Shown here in pieces: positions 36,867 to 47,723 of a stretch of DNA of 64,000 nt. The notes beneath the pieces were generated by a model, which searched no databases, was not told the origin of the DNA, and saw only the letters and a program-made list of their open reading frames with translations. Each line of letters starts with the position of its first letter. Within the stretch, counting starts at the first letter, position 1. A program made the position numbers and the translations under genes. The stretch covers positions 1,888,001-1,952,000 of the forward strand of contig OY970218.1 in the NCBI GenBank assembly GCA_963713975.1, given 5' to 3'. This DNA is from an uncultured Chloroflexia bacterium. Lineage in GTDB: Bacteria; Chloroflexota; Limnocylindria; Limnocylindrales; CSP1-4.

Positions 36867-38087
36867 TCAGCGCCTGCCTGTCGGGGCCTTCGGGTAGCCG
36901 CCGATCCCACGCCTGCGGGCCATTTCCTCGTACAGGCTGGCCGTCTCGCCGACGAAGCGGTCGACCCCGAAGGCGCCGGCGACGTACGCGCGGCCCGCGG
37001 CGCCCAGGAACCGGCGCCGGTCGCCGTCCGGGGCCAGCCCGATGAGCGCGGCACGCAGGGCATCATCGTCGCCCACCGGGACGACCACCCCCGTCTGCCC
37101 GTCCTCGACGATCTCGATGGTGCCGCCAGCCGCCGTGGCCACGATCGGAACCCCGGCTGCGGCTGCCTCGAGCACCGAGTTCGGGAGGCCCTCAGCCTCC
37201 GACGCCGAGACGAAGAGATCCATGGCGCCGAACAGCGGCCGCGCATCGAGAACGTCGCCCGTCAGGGTCACCCGCCCTTCCAGCCCGAGCGAGGCGACCT
37301 GGTGTTCGATCGCCTCGCGGCATGGCCCGCCCCCCACGAGCACGAGCCGGCAGTCCGGAACCGCCGCGAGCAGCGAGGGCATCGCGGCGACGATCCGCTC
37401 ATGCCCCTTGCCGGGACGCATCGAACCGACGTAGCCAACCAGGATGTCGGACGGCGCCACCCCCCATCCGGCCCGGATGGCCCTGCGCTCGTCCTCCGGC
37501 ATGGGATCGGGAATGAGCACGCCGTTGCGGATCACACGGATCGAGTCGCGGGCCACGCCCTCGCGACCTGCCACGTCGTCCGCCACCACCGAGGAGTTGG
37601 CGAAGATCACGTCCGACGAGCGGAGTGCGACCGAGTCCACTAAGCGTTCGAGGCGGTTGAACCGCTCCTTGTAGCCGCTGAGGCTGACGCGACCGCTGAT
37701 CAGCACGGGGGTACGCGTGATCCGGCGCGTCACGGCTGCCAGCCCGTACCCCTGGTAGAGCCAGGCATCGACGATGTCGAATCGCTCCCGCCTGCACAGG
37801 CGGACGTAGTCGAGGACCACCTTCGCCGTCCTGAGGGCGAGGAGGGGCCTGGCGGCCGTGCGGCGGCCATGGGCACCGAGCGAGTGCACCCTTGCTCCGG
37901 CGGCAACCGCCAGGTCGGCGTTCGGCGTCCAGCGTCCGAGCATGATGAACGTCACGTCGAACCGGTCGCGTGGGAGGCGCTCGGCCAGCAGGATCATCTG
38001 TCGCTCGGCGCCACCAACCGTCAGGGAGGCCGGGTAGAGGATCCGGAGCGGCGTTCGTCCGGCCGGTCCGGTTGGTGAAGCGGGCAT
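36867..38087 (-). CDS. family 4 glycosyltransferase (paralogue of 23487-24650)
   Basis: GGAERQMILLAERLPRDRF, CRRERFDIVDAWLY, SEAEGLPNSVLEA. TATGCT lies 7 nt before ATG 38087. Confidence 0.9.
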   Translation of the reverse strand: MPASPTGPAGRTPLRILYPASLTVGGAERQMILLAERLPRDRFDVTFIMLGRWTPNADLAVAAGARVHSLGAHGRRTAARPLLALRTAKVVLDYVRLCRRERFDIVDAWLYQGYGLAAVTRRITRTPVLISGRVSLSGYKERFNRLERLVDSVALRSSDVIFANSSVVADDVAGREGVARDSIRVIRNGVLIPDPMPEDERRAIRAGWGVAPSDILVGYVGSMRPGKGHERIVAAMPSLLAAVPDCRLVLVGGGPCREAIEHQVASLGLEGRVTLTGDVLDARPLFGAMDLFVSASEAEGLPNSVLEAAAAGVPIVATAAGGTIEIVEDGQTGVVVPVGDDDALRAALIGLAPDGDRRRFLGAAGRAYVAGAFGVDRFVGETASLYEEMARRRGIGGYPKAPTGRR

Positions 38088-38153
38088 GGGTGGGAGCATA
38101 CGACGGAGTGGGGACCGCCCCGCCCGCGTCCCGGCAGCCCGCCCCGCCGTCCG

Positions 38154-38882
38154 TCAGTTGATCGTGTCGCCCGGCTCCCAATCGATGATCTTGGCGGCCA
38201 GCCCACGCGCGGCCACCGCGTCCCGCAGCTGGGCCGGCGTTCCTGCGAGCGCCGGGAACGTGCCCCAGTGGATCGGAAGGACGTGGCTCACACCCAGCAG
38301 CTCCGTAGCCAGCGCGGCGCCCACCGGGTCCATCGTGTAGTGGCCGCCGATGGGGAGCATCGCGAGGTCCGGCCGGAACAGCTCGCGAATGAGCGCCATG
38401 TCACCGAAGACGGCCGTGTCGCCCGCGTGGTAGATCCGGAACCCGTTCTCCAGCTCCACGACGAAGCCGGCGGGCTCGCCGAGGTAGAGCGTGGTCTCGC
38501 CGCCGGCGTTCCAGTCGCCGGCCGAGTGCTCCGCGCCGGTCATGGACACCCGGAGGCCGGCCGCCTCGACCGTGCCACCCTTGTTCATGCCGGTGAGCTG
38601 GTCGGCTCCGCCCGGCAGGCGGCGGGCGAGCCACAGGCTCATCTCGTGGATGCACGGCCAGGCCGGCCGGAGGCGGGCGGCCAGGGCGATCGCGTCGCCC
38701 AGGTGGTCGCCGTGGCCATGGGTCACCAGGAGCAGGTCGCAGCGGTCCACCGTGTCGGCGGAGCGCGGACTCTTCGGGTTTCCCAGCCAGGGGTCGAACA
38801 GGATCACCTTGCCGCCCGGGGTGCGGACCTCCACGGCGGCATGACCCAGCCAGGTGAACGCGGTATCCCGCCCGATCGTCAT
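38154..38882 (-). CDS. metallo-beta-lactamase-fold metal-dependent hydrolase (UPF0173-like)
   Basis: WLGHA, DPWL, THGHGDHLGD, AEHS, YHAGDT, LPIGGHYTM, PIHWGTF. Confidence 0.9.
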   Translation of the reverse strand: MTIGRDTAFTWLGHAAVEVRTPGGKVILFDPWLGNPKSPRSADTVDRCDLLLVTHGHGDHLGDAIALAARLRPAWPCIHEMSLWLARRLPGGADQLTGMNKGGTVEAAGLRVSMTGAEHSAGDWNAGGETTLYLGEPAGFVVELENGFRIYHAGDTAVFGDMALIRELFRPDLAMLPIGGHYTMDPVGAALATELLGVSHVLPIHWGTFPALAGTPAQLRDAVAARGLAAKIIDWEPGDTIN

Positions 38883-38986
38883 GTCGTGCCTCCCGCCGGC
38901 ACCGGGCCGGCCGCTGCTGCTGTGGATGACCGCAACCGATTATCCGCCTCGCGTCCCGGCGAGGCACGGCGGCTACACTCCGCTGC

Positions 38987-39826
38987 GTGCCCGCCGAGCA
39001 GATCGCATCGAACCTCGCGCTGATCAACTGGACCGTCCTGGCGGGGCTCGCCGTCGGGTCGTTCGTTCTGGTCGCGTTCGCGCGCCTGCGCACGGCGGCC
39101 ACGAAGGGGTACCTGGCATTCACGGCGCTGTGCGCGACCGGGTTCGGCGTGCTGGCGTATCTCTCGGACACGGCCCTGCCGGTCATCGTGGCCGGGTCGC
39201 CGGTGACGGCCGACCCGGCCTGGGATGCCCCTCGTCGCGCCCTCCTCGTCGCGTTCGTGGTCCTGGCCCTGGTCACGGCGATCGCGATCTCGCGCGGCGG
39301 ACGTGCAGTCCTGCCGGGTCTGGCCGGGGCGGCCGCGGGCGTGGCGGTCCTGGTGCTGGGCGCCCTGACATGGGGTGGCGGTCCGTTGGGCGTGGCCCAG
39401 CTCACCGTCCAGCTGGTGGTGCTCGCCCTGGCCGCGGGTGGCGTTTTCGCCGCCATGATCCTGGGGCACTGGTACCTCGTGACGCCCAAGCTGCCGGAGG
39501 CGCCGCTGGTCCGGGTCTCGCTGGGCCTGCTCTGGGTGGTGGCGCTGCAGGTGGTGCTGTTCGTGGTCTGGGTGGGCACCGGTGCCGGACCGGGCGCAAC
39601 AGGTGGGCCCTTCGCGGCGCTCTTCGGGCCATGGGCGCTGTTCGTCTGGCTGCGGCTGCTGGTGGGCCTCGTGTTCCCGCTCGTGGTGTCGTGGGCGGCC
39701 CTGCAGACCGCGAAGACCCGCTCGATGGAGTCGGCCACGGGCCTGCACTACATCAACGTGGGGACGATCCTCGCGGGCACGATCCTGGCGGCCGGCCTCT
39801 ACTTCGGCGCCGGGCTGCTGGTCTGA
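38987..39826 (+). CDS. integral membrane protein of unknown function
   Basis: About 8 hydrophobic segments. Conserved-looking AMILGHWYLV and RSMESATGLHY. TACACT lies 7 nt before the GTG. Confidence 0.75.
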   Translation: MPAEQIASNLALINWTVLAGLAVGSFVLVAFARLRTAATKGYLAFTALCATGFGVLAYLSDTALPVIVAGSPVTADPAWDAPRRALLVAFVVLALVTAIAISRGGRAVLPGLAGAAAGVAVLVLGALTWGGGPLGVAQLTVQLVVLALAAGGVFAAMILGHWYLVTPKLPEAPLVRVSLGLLWVVALQVVLFVVWVGTGAGPGATGGPFAALFGPWALFVWLRLLVGLVFPLVVSWAALQTAKTRSMESATGLHYINVGTILAGTILAAGLYFGAGLLV

Positions 39827-39839
39827 TGGAGGTCTGCCG

Positions 39840-40676
39840 ATGACGGCCCTGCCGCCCCTGCGCATCCGGGTCCGGCTGTTCGCGATGCAGCGCGAGACGG
39901 CGGGCATGAAGGAGCTGCGGCTGGAGGTGCCGCTGGGCGCGACCGTGGATGATGCGTGGTCCGCGGTGGTCGAGGTGGTGCCCGCGCTTGCGCCCGGCCG
40001 TCCATCGCTGCGATTTGCCGTCAACGGCGACTACGCGGACCCGGACCGGCCCCTGGCGGACGGTGACGAGATCGCCTGCATCCCGCCGGTGAGCGGCGGC
40101 TCCGGAGAGGACGAGACGGCACCCGCGGGCGACGAGGGCCCGAACGTCCGTCGCCGCATCCTCGAGATTCGCGAGGTGGCGTTGGGCAGCGAGCTGGCTG
40201 CTGAGCTCGCCGACCGCCTGGCGACGAACGAGGATGGCGGCGTGGTGGTCTTCCTGGGCCGCACGCGAGTCACGCCCGGAACGCCGGCCCCAGGGCAGGA
40301 GGCGGAGGCCGCCCGTCATGCGGGCCGCGCGGTCACGGGCCTGGACTACGAGGTCTTTGAGCCGATGGCCGTATCCGTCCTGGACGCGATCGCCGACGAG
40401 ATCGAGGCACGGTTCGGCGTCCGGCGGCTGGCGATCGTCCACCGGGCCGGTCCCGTGCCGCTGGGTGACACGTCCGTCCTGGTCGTGGCCGTCGCGCCGC
40501 ACCGTGACGCGGCCTTCGCGGCTGCCCGGTACGCCATCGACGAGACCAAGGCCCGGGCCCCGATCTGGAAGGCCGAGCAGTTCGCGGACGGCCAGGTGTG
40601 GATCGGTGACGTGGTCCGGACCGGTCCCCCAGGGGAGCCTGCCCCGTCCCGGGATCCGGGCAACACGACGGCGTAG
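39840..40676 (+). CDS. molybdopterin synthase MoaD-MoaE fusion
   Basis: N-terminal VRLFA...FAVNGDY...IPPVSGG (MoaD); C-terminal VVVFLGRTR, LDYE, HRAG, HRDAAF, KARAPIWKAE (MoaE). SD GGAGG. Confidence 0.9.
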   Translation: MTALPPLRIRVRLFAMQRETAGMKELRLEVPLGATVDDAWSAVVEVVPALAPGRPSLRFAVNGDYADPDRPLADGDEIACIPPVSGGSGEDETAPAGDEGPNVRRRILEIREVALGSELAAELADRLATNEDGGVVVFLGRTRVTPGTPAPGQEAEAARHAGRAVTGLDYEVFEPMAVSVLDAIADEIEARFGVRRLAIVHRAGPVPLGDTSVLVVAVAPHRDAAFAAARYAIDETKARAPIWKAEQFADGQVWIGDVVRTGPPGEPAPSRDPGNTTA

Positions 40677-40746
40677 CCCGATCGTCTCACCGTCTGTCGC
40701 CCGGTTGACCGGTCGCGGCACGGGCACCGGGCGCCATACTGCGCAC

Positions 40747-42344
40747 ATGCAGCTGCTCGGGGACGCGTCGGCCCTGGAGGATCTCCGGTCGCGTGCGACC
40801 GCGGTGGCCTCCGCGTGGGGTGCCACCGCCGCCACCTTCACCACCATCGGCCAGGAGCGCGCGATCCTCCGGCTGTTCGGCGTCGGGGGGCTGGATCGGG
40901 CCGGTCGGCCGCTGGCCGCCGAGGTCGTGGACCGCTACCTTGCCCCGGATCCACGCCGGCTTGCCGGGGGCGTGGCGCTGCCGTTCGCAATGGCCCTGGC
41001 CGAGTACGACCTTGCGCCCCAGGAGCTGGCCCTGGAGATCACGGCCGGCAACGTCGACCTGGGCCTGGAGGCCGAGCTCCTGACGGAGCCGGACCGGCGG
41101 GCGATCGCTGTCGCCAATGCCGTCGCGCTCGCGCGCTCCGCGATGGAGCGGGTCGATGCCAACCGCACGGCACGCAGGGAGCTTCTCGGGCTCCTCGGCG
41201 ATCCGCCCAGGCCGTGGGTCGGGATGTCGCTCGCGGCACCGGCCATCGTCGATGCGCTGGACGAGGCCCGCCGCGCCATTGATGCCGGCGTGGAGCTGAT
41301 CTGGATCGACGTGCCGCCGAGCCGTGAGCTGTCGGAGCTGCGTGCCCGCGGCGGGGGCCCGATTGATGGCTGGCACGCCGCGCCGTCCTCGCGCGGCGGC
41401 CTCGAGGGCCACGATCCACAGGCGCAGCCCATCCCGACGGGCGCCCAGCGCGCCATCTCTGTCCTGCGGAGGTTCGTGGACGAGGCAGGCGCACGTCGCC
41501 GCGGGTACGTGCGGCTCATGACCGCGTCCCAGCACCTCGCGGCGCCGGACCAGGCGGTGGTGGCAGCGTTCGAGCGGATAGACCTCGTGGTTGCGGATCC
41601 GATCCGGGAGATCGTGACCGGGCGGGTCGACCCCGACCGGGCACTTGCGGACCACGCCTTCGCTCACCGCCTGCTGGCTCGTGCGGGCTCCCGGGTGCTC
41701 GTGCCCGCGGGACCGCTGCTCGTGGCCCCGGACCTCGCCAGCGGGGTGCCGTCCGACTCGGCCACCCGGTCGGGCCGGGCGCTCGCGATGCAGCTGCTGA
41801 CCGTCGCACTCGCGCGGCGGGACGGACTGCCCCCGATTCGATCGTGGTGGGTGCGCTGCCGGACTGGCTCGTGGACGAGCCCGGGGCGCCTGTGCATGCC
41901 GCAACCGAGGTGGCATTGCGGCGGGCGCTTCTGCCCGGCCACCCGCTGGCCTTCCTCGAGCCGCCACTGGCGGCGGATGCCGCGACCACCTGGAACGCCC
42001 TGGTGGCGGCGATCCTGCCGGATGCCGGTGACGTGGACCTTGTCCTGCGGCAGGCGACCGATACGCCCGGGCCGGCCGCGGCCACGACCAGAGCGGCCGC
42101 CGCCGTCGCGTCGAGCCTGCGCCGGGTCCGAACCGCACCTGCCCTGGAGGGCGAGGCCCTCGACCACGCCGCGCGCGTGGTTGCTGCCGCGGCCGGCACG
42201 CTCGCGTTGCTCGGGGACTCGGGCTGGCGATCGTTGGTCGACCAGCCGCTCGGCGTCGAGGCGGGTGGCCTGGGGGCGGATGCCGTGGCCGAGCGGACGG
42301 AGGCATTCGACCCACTGGCGGTCGAGGTGACGACAGCCGCCTGA
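40747..42344 (+). CDS. divergent lysine 5,6-aminomutase alpha-subunit-like protein (one frameshift near 41832)
   Basis: TTIGQERAILRLFGVGG, PLAAEVVD, PQELALEITAG, YVRL and FERIDL resemble KamD. Adding one C to the C run at 41830-41834 joins it to the 41844-42344 ORF. Confidence 0.6.
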
Positions 42345-42510
42345 GTCGGACCGCGTGCTGCCGGGGACTGCACGACCCCCCGACCGGCGAGTACGCTCCC
42401 CGCAACAACCCGGGCGGCCGGGCGCCATGCAGCGCGCGATCCCCGAGCGTCGGCGAGCGCCCGCACCCCGCCCCCTGCGTCTCGTCGCGCCCGCGACGCT
42501 CACGAGGTGA

Positions 42511-43926
<1,416 letters not shown>

Positions 43927-43956
43927 TCGAAGGGCGGCGCTGGCAGCATCGCCACC

Positions 43957-45549
43957 ATGCGCCGCCCGCCGCTGCCGTCGTTAATCGGCGACCTCGTCGC
44001 GGACCGTCGCGCTGTCAACGCGCTTCTCGCCGGCATGGCCGCGCTGTTCGCTGCGGGCATGGACCCCAAGGTGATGGCGCCGATGGCGACCTCCACCCAG
44101 GCAGCGATCCGCGCGCGACCGGACATCGAGGGCCTGCTGCTCGTCGTCTCGGTCACCACGGCGGTCCTGATCCTCGTCGGCGGGGCGATCGGTGACATCT
44201 CGCGCGCCCGGCCGATCATCCTGGGAGGGCTGTCGGCATCCCTGGTCTTCGGGATCCTGGCGTTCCTGCTGACGGACCCGAGCCACCCGATGTTCGTGGT
44301 GGTCCGGTTCTGCGGCCTCGCCGCGGCCGCCTTGGTGCTGCCGGTCGCGCTGGCGATGGCCGCCACCTCCTATTCAGGCATTCCCCGTGCGACGGCCATC
44401 GGCATCGCCTATGCCGCGTACGGCGCCGGCCAGGGGCTGTCACCGATCCTCGTCGCGCTGATCCCGGGCAGCTATTGGCCGGCCTTCGCCGGGTCCATCG
44501 CAGCGTCGTTGCTGGCCCTCCTGATCGTCCGCTCGAGGATCCCGGACCTCGTCCGCGCCAACCGTGCGGAGCGCCCCTACGTGTTCGGCACCGCGCTGTG
44601 GGCGGCCGGTGTGGTGCTCATCTCGGCGGGCGTCCTGTGGCTGGGAGGAGGGCTGGAGAACCCGTTGCGCATCGGGCTGATCCTGGGCGGGCTCGCCCTG
44701 GTCGCCATCTTCTTCGTGTGGGAGCGGCGGCGCTGGGCCGAGCATGCCGATGCCGTGCGCATCGAGCGCCGCCCCGTGACCATCGCGCTGTTCGTGGGTC
44801 TCGTCATCGCGCTCGCCCAGATCGTGCCGATGTCCCAGCTGCCGCTCTACTTCGGGGTCGGGATGCGGTACGGCCCGATCCTCGGGATGGTGGCCCTGGC
44901 ACCGCTTTTCGTCGCCATGGTGCTGGCCGGTCCGATCGCGGGCTTCCTGCTCGCCCGCTTCCAGCCCCGGCATCTGATTGGGGGTGGCGTCCTGGCCGTC
45001 GGGATCGGCGACCTCCTGGTGGCCGCCGCGATCGGGCCGACGACCACGTACCTGGCGTTCATCGTCCCCCTGTTCCTGGTCGGCGCCGGGTTCGTCGTGG
45101 CGACCACCGTGCGGACGGCGATCATCTTCTCCAGCGTTCCCCGCGGGCTGCCGGCGACCGCGGCGGCGCTCAACGGGGCCTCGATCGAGGTTGGCACCCG
45201 CGCCGGCATCGTGATCATCACCGGCCTCCTCGCGGAGGTGGCCGTCAGCGCCTACGCGGGCTCGCTCGCCGGCCAGCCCCCGGCGCAGGTCGCGGGGCTC
45301 GTGGCCACGTTCCGGGACGTGCTGATCGCGCTGGGGACGCCCGCGTTCCACGCCATTGCCGGTGCCGTGCAACCGGCCGAGCTCGTCGAGTACCGCGAGG
45401 CGTATCTCGCCGGCGTCCAGGTCGCGATGCTGGCCGGCGGCGCGGTGGGCGTGATCGGCGGGATCATCGCGTGGATCACGCTGGGCCGGCGGAACCCGCT
45501 CCAGACCGTGTACGAGCACCGCGACGAGCGGCAGGTCGCCCCGGTCTGA
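43957..45549 (+). CDS. MFS transporter (DHA2-like)
   Basis: About 14 TM helices. GGAIGDISRAR motif-A-like sequence and AGFLLARFQPR. Confidence 0.8.
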   Translation: MRRPPLPSLIGDLVADRRAVNALLAGMAALFAAGMDPKVMAPMATSTQAAIRARPDIEGLLLVVSVTTAVLILVGGAIGDISRARPIILGGLSASLVFGILAFLLTDPSHPMFVVVRFCGLAAAALVLPVALAMAATSYSGIPRATAIGIAYAAYGAGQGLSPILVALIPGSYWPAFAGSIAASLLALLIVRSRIPDLVRANRAERPYVFGTALWAAGVVLISAGVLWLGGGLENPLRIGLILGGLALVAIFFVWERRRWAEHADAVRIERRPVTIALFVGLVIALAQIVPMSQLPLYFGVGMRYGPILGMVALAPLFVAMVLAGPIAGFLLARFQPRHLIGGGVLAVGIGDLLVAAAIGPTTTYLAFIVPLFLVGAGFVVATTVRTAIIFSSVPRGLPATAAALNGASIEVGTRAGIVIITGLLAEVAVSAYAGSLAGQPPAQVAGLVATFRDVLIALGTPAFHAIAGAVQPAELVEYREAYLAGVQVAMLAGGAVGVIGGIIAWITLGRRNPLQTVYEHRDERQVAPV

Positions 45550-45603
45550 AGCGGCCCGTCGGGCCGAGCCCGCGATGTCCACCGACGCTCAGGAGCGATC
45601 CGC

Positions 45604-45630
45604 GGGAACGCGATCGCCGCCAGCGGTGTA
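45604..45630 (+). promoter_or_regulatory. putative ECF-sigma promoter (GGAAC-N16-GTGTA)
   Basis: GGGAAC at 45604-45609, 16-nt spacer, GTGTA at 45626-45630, upstream of the ECF sigma operon. Confidence 0.45.
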
Positions 45631-45665
45631 CAACGATCGTCGACCCGTCCCCTGAGGTGTCCCCG

Positions 45666-46325
45666 ATGCGCTCCCAGGCACTCGCCCTGCTCGCTGCCGG
45701 CCTCCTGCTCGCCACCGCCGCCGTCCCCGTCCTGGCCAAGGAGGGCGTGGAGGCGCGTCTCGACGCCCCGATCGGCATGGATACGCCGGGGGGCACCGAG
45801 CTCCTCGTCGGGATGACGGTCACCGCGCCCGACGGTGACACGACGGTTCCCGTCGTGGGGACGCCCATGTACCTCCGGCTCACTGGTCGCGACGGATCCT
45901 CGACCCGTGCCGCTGGGGCCGTCGAGGGGAAGCCGGGCCACTACGTGATGCGGATCGAGGTCCCCGCAGGCGGAGCACGGGCGGTCGAGATCGGCATCCA
46001 TGGCACCAGCGACCTGCCCGTCATCGTTGCTGGCGAGGTGCTGGTCTTCGGTGGGGTCACGGCGTCCACGGCGCAGGTCGCCCCGGCGCCCGTTCCGGCC
46101 CTCACGCCGTTCCCGAGAGCCTCGGCCGTCGCTCCCGCCGTCATCGCCCCGGTTGTGGCCGGCGAAGCCCCTGTCTCGTCCGTGGTCGAGCCCACCGCAC
46201 CGGGGCCCCTCGTTGCGGGGTTGCTCGCGCTGGCCGTCGTGCTCGGGCTGGGCCTCCTGGTCCTGGCGCGCCGTTCCCGTCGCCCGCCGCCGACCATCCT
46301 CCCGGACCAGGCTCCTGGCGGCTGA
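45666..46325 (+). CDS. exported protein with signal peptide and C-terminal TM anchor
   Basis: MRSQALALLAAGLLLATAAVPVLAK signal, Ig-like middle (GHYVMRIEVP), Pro-rich linker, TM helix followed by RRSRR. Confidence 0.75.
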   Translation: MRSQALALLAAGLLLATAAVPVLAKEGVEARLDAPIGMDTPGGTELLVGMTVTAPDGDTTVPVVGTPMYLRLTGRDGSSTRAAGAVEGKPGHYVMRIEVPAGGARAVEIGIHGTSDLPVIVAGEVLVFGGVTASTAQVAPAPVPALTPFPRASAVAPAVIAPVVAGEAPVSSVVEPTAPGPLVAGLLALAVVLGLGLLVLARRSRRPPPTILPDQAPGG

Positions 46326-46340
46326 CGGGCCGCCCTGCGC

Positions 46341-46940
46341 GTGACGATCGACGGGGCGGACGAGACCGGTGGCCGCGAGGCACGCCTGGTCCGCCGGGCT
46401 CAGGACGGTGACCACAGTGCCTACGGTGAGCTGGTGACGATCCACCAGACGGCAGCCTTCCGGGTCGCGTTCCTGCTGCTCGGCTCCGCCCCCGATGCGG
46501 AGGACGCGGCCCAGGACGGGTTCGTGCGTGCTCACGCCGCAATCGCGCGCTTCCGTGAAGGCGAGCCGTTCCGGCCGTGGCTGCTCGCCATCGTGGGCAA
46601 CGAGGCGCGCAACCGGCGTCGCGCCCGTGGCCGCCGCGAGGGGATGCTCGGACGGGCAATGTCCGCGTTCCGGGCCGGCGAGGTGGCGGCGACCGGCGGA
46701 CCGGAACGGCTCGTGCTCGCTGGTGAGACCCACGCCGAAGTCCGGGATGCGGTGGCGTCGCTCGACGACGGCGAGCGACATGTGGTCGCGTGCCGCTATC
46801 TCCTCGGGCTGTCCGAGGCCGAGACGGCCGCTGCGCTCGGGATCCCGGTCGGGACGGTGAAGTCGCGGCTCCACCGGGGCCTGCGCCGCCTGCGAGATCG
46901 GCTCGGGCCAGCGATGCGCCCGGCGGGAGACGTCCGATGA
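46341..46940 (+). CDS. ECF RNA polymerase sigma-70 factor
   Basis: AQDGDHSAYGELV, DAEDAAQDGF, FRPWLLAIVGN, ETAAALGIPVGTVKSRLHRG. Confidence 0.92.
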   Translation: MTIDGADETGGREARLVRRAQDGDHSAYGELVTIHQTAAFRVAFLLLGSAPDAEDAAQDGFVRAHAAIARFREGEPFRPWLLAIVGNEARNRRRARGRREGMLGRAMSAFRAGEVAATGGPERLVLAGETHAEVRDAVASLDDGERHVVACRYLLGLSEAETAAALGIPVGTVKSRLHRGLRRLRDRLGPAMRPAGDVR

Positions 46941-47701
46941 CAGACCGTGCGCTGACCCCCGACCCTGGCCTCGAGGCCCTGCTGCGCGCCGCGGCCACCG
47001 GCGTCATGTGGCCGGCGACCCCCGACCTGCGTCCGGCCGTGCTCGCCGCGATCGACGCGCAACCGGTGGGGACCACAGCGCCCCCGTCGCGGCGCCGGAC
47101 CATCGTCCGCGCGCTCGTCCTCGCGCTGCTCGGGCTCCTGGTCCTGGCCGGCGTGGCCACGGCGCTCGGCTACCGGCTGCCCGGCCTCGACATCGTATTT
47201 GTGGAGCACCTGCCGCCTGCTGGTGCGGGACTGGAGCTGGGCTCGGAGATCACGCTGGCCGAGGCACGGGCCGTAGAGCTGCCGCGCGTCCTCGTCCCCG
47301 GCGGGCTGCCGGAGCCCGAGACGGCCTTCGTGCTCGGAACCGGTGACCGGCGCATCGTGACGCTGGCCTGGCGCGCTGCGGCGGGGGAGCCCGTGCTGGC
47401 CGGGACCGACCTCTCGCTGGCGATCATGGCGGTGCCGGGTCGGACCGACGAAGGCTTCCTGACCAAGCTACTCGGGCCGGGGACCGGCATCGATCCGGTC
47501 GACGTGGACGGCGACCCAGGCTGGTGGATCTCCGGTCTGCCCCACGATCTGCTCGTCCAGCGCCCCGACGGCACGGTCGGCATGGTCACCTCGCGCCTCG
47601 CGGGCGACACGCTCGTGTTCACCCGCGACGGCACGCTCTACCGTCTCGAATCCGCCCTTGGCCGCGACGCGACGCTGGCGATCGCCCGGTCGCTTGGCTG
47701 A
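46937..47701 (+). CDS. putative membrane anti-sigma factor
   Basis: ATGA overlap with the sigma gene. Short cytoplasmic WPATPDL segment, one TM helix, extracytoplasmic domain. Confidence 0.6.
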   Translation: MTDRALTPDPGLEALLRAAATGVMWPATPDLRPAVLAAIDAQPVGTTAPPSRRRTIVRALVLALLGLLVLAGVATALGYRLPGLDIVFVEHLPPAGAGLELGSEITLAEARAVELPRVLVPGGLPEPETAFVLGTGDRRIVTLAWRAAAGEPVLAGTDLSLAIMAVPGRTDEGFLTKLLGPGTGIDPVDVDGDPGWWISGLPHDLLVQRPDGTVGMVTSRLAGDTLVFTRDGTLYRLESALGRDATLAIARSLG

Positions 47702-47723
47702 CCGGCGTGCCAGCCCAACCGAC

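Noticed and set aside
41830-41834. Programmed frameshift in the KamD-like gene
   Set aside because: A C5 run with no recognisable slippery heptamer or stimulator. Similar indels at 27467 and 27678 point to sequencing error.
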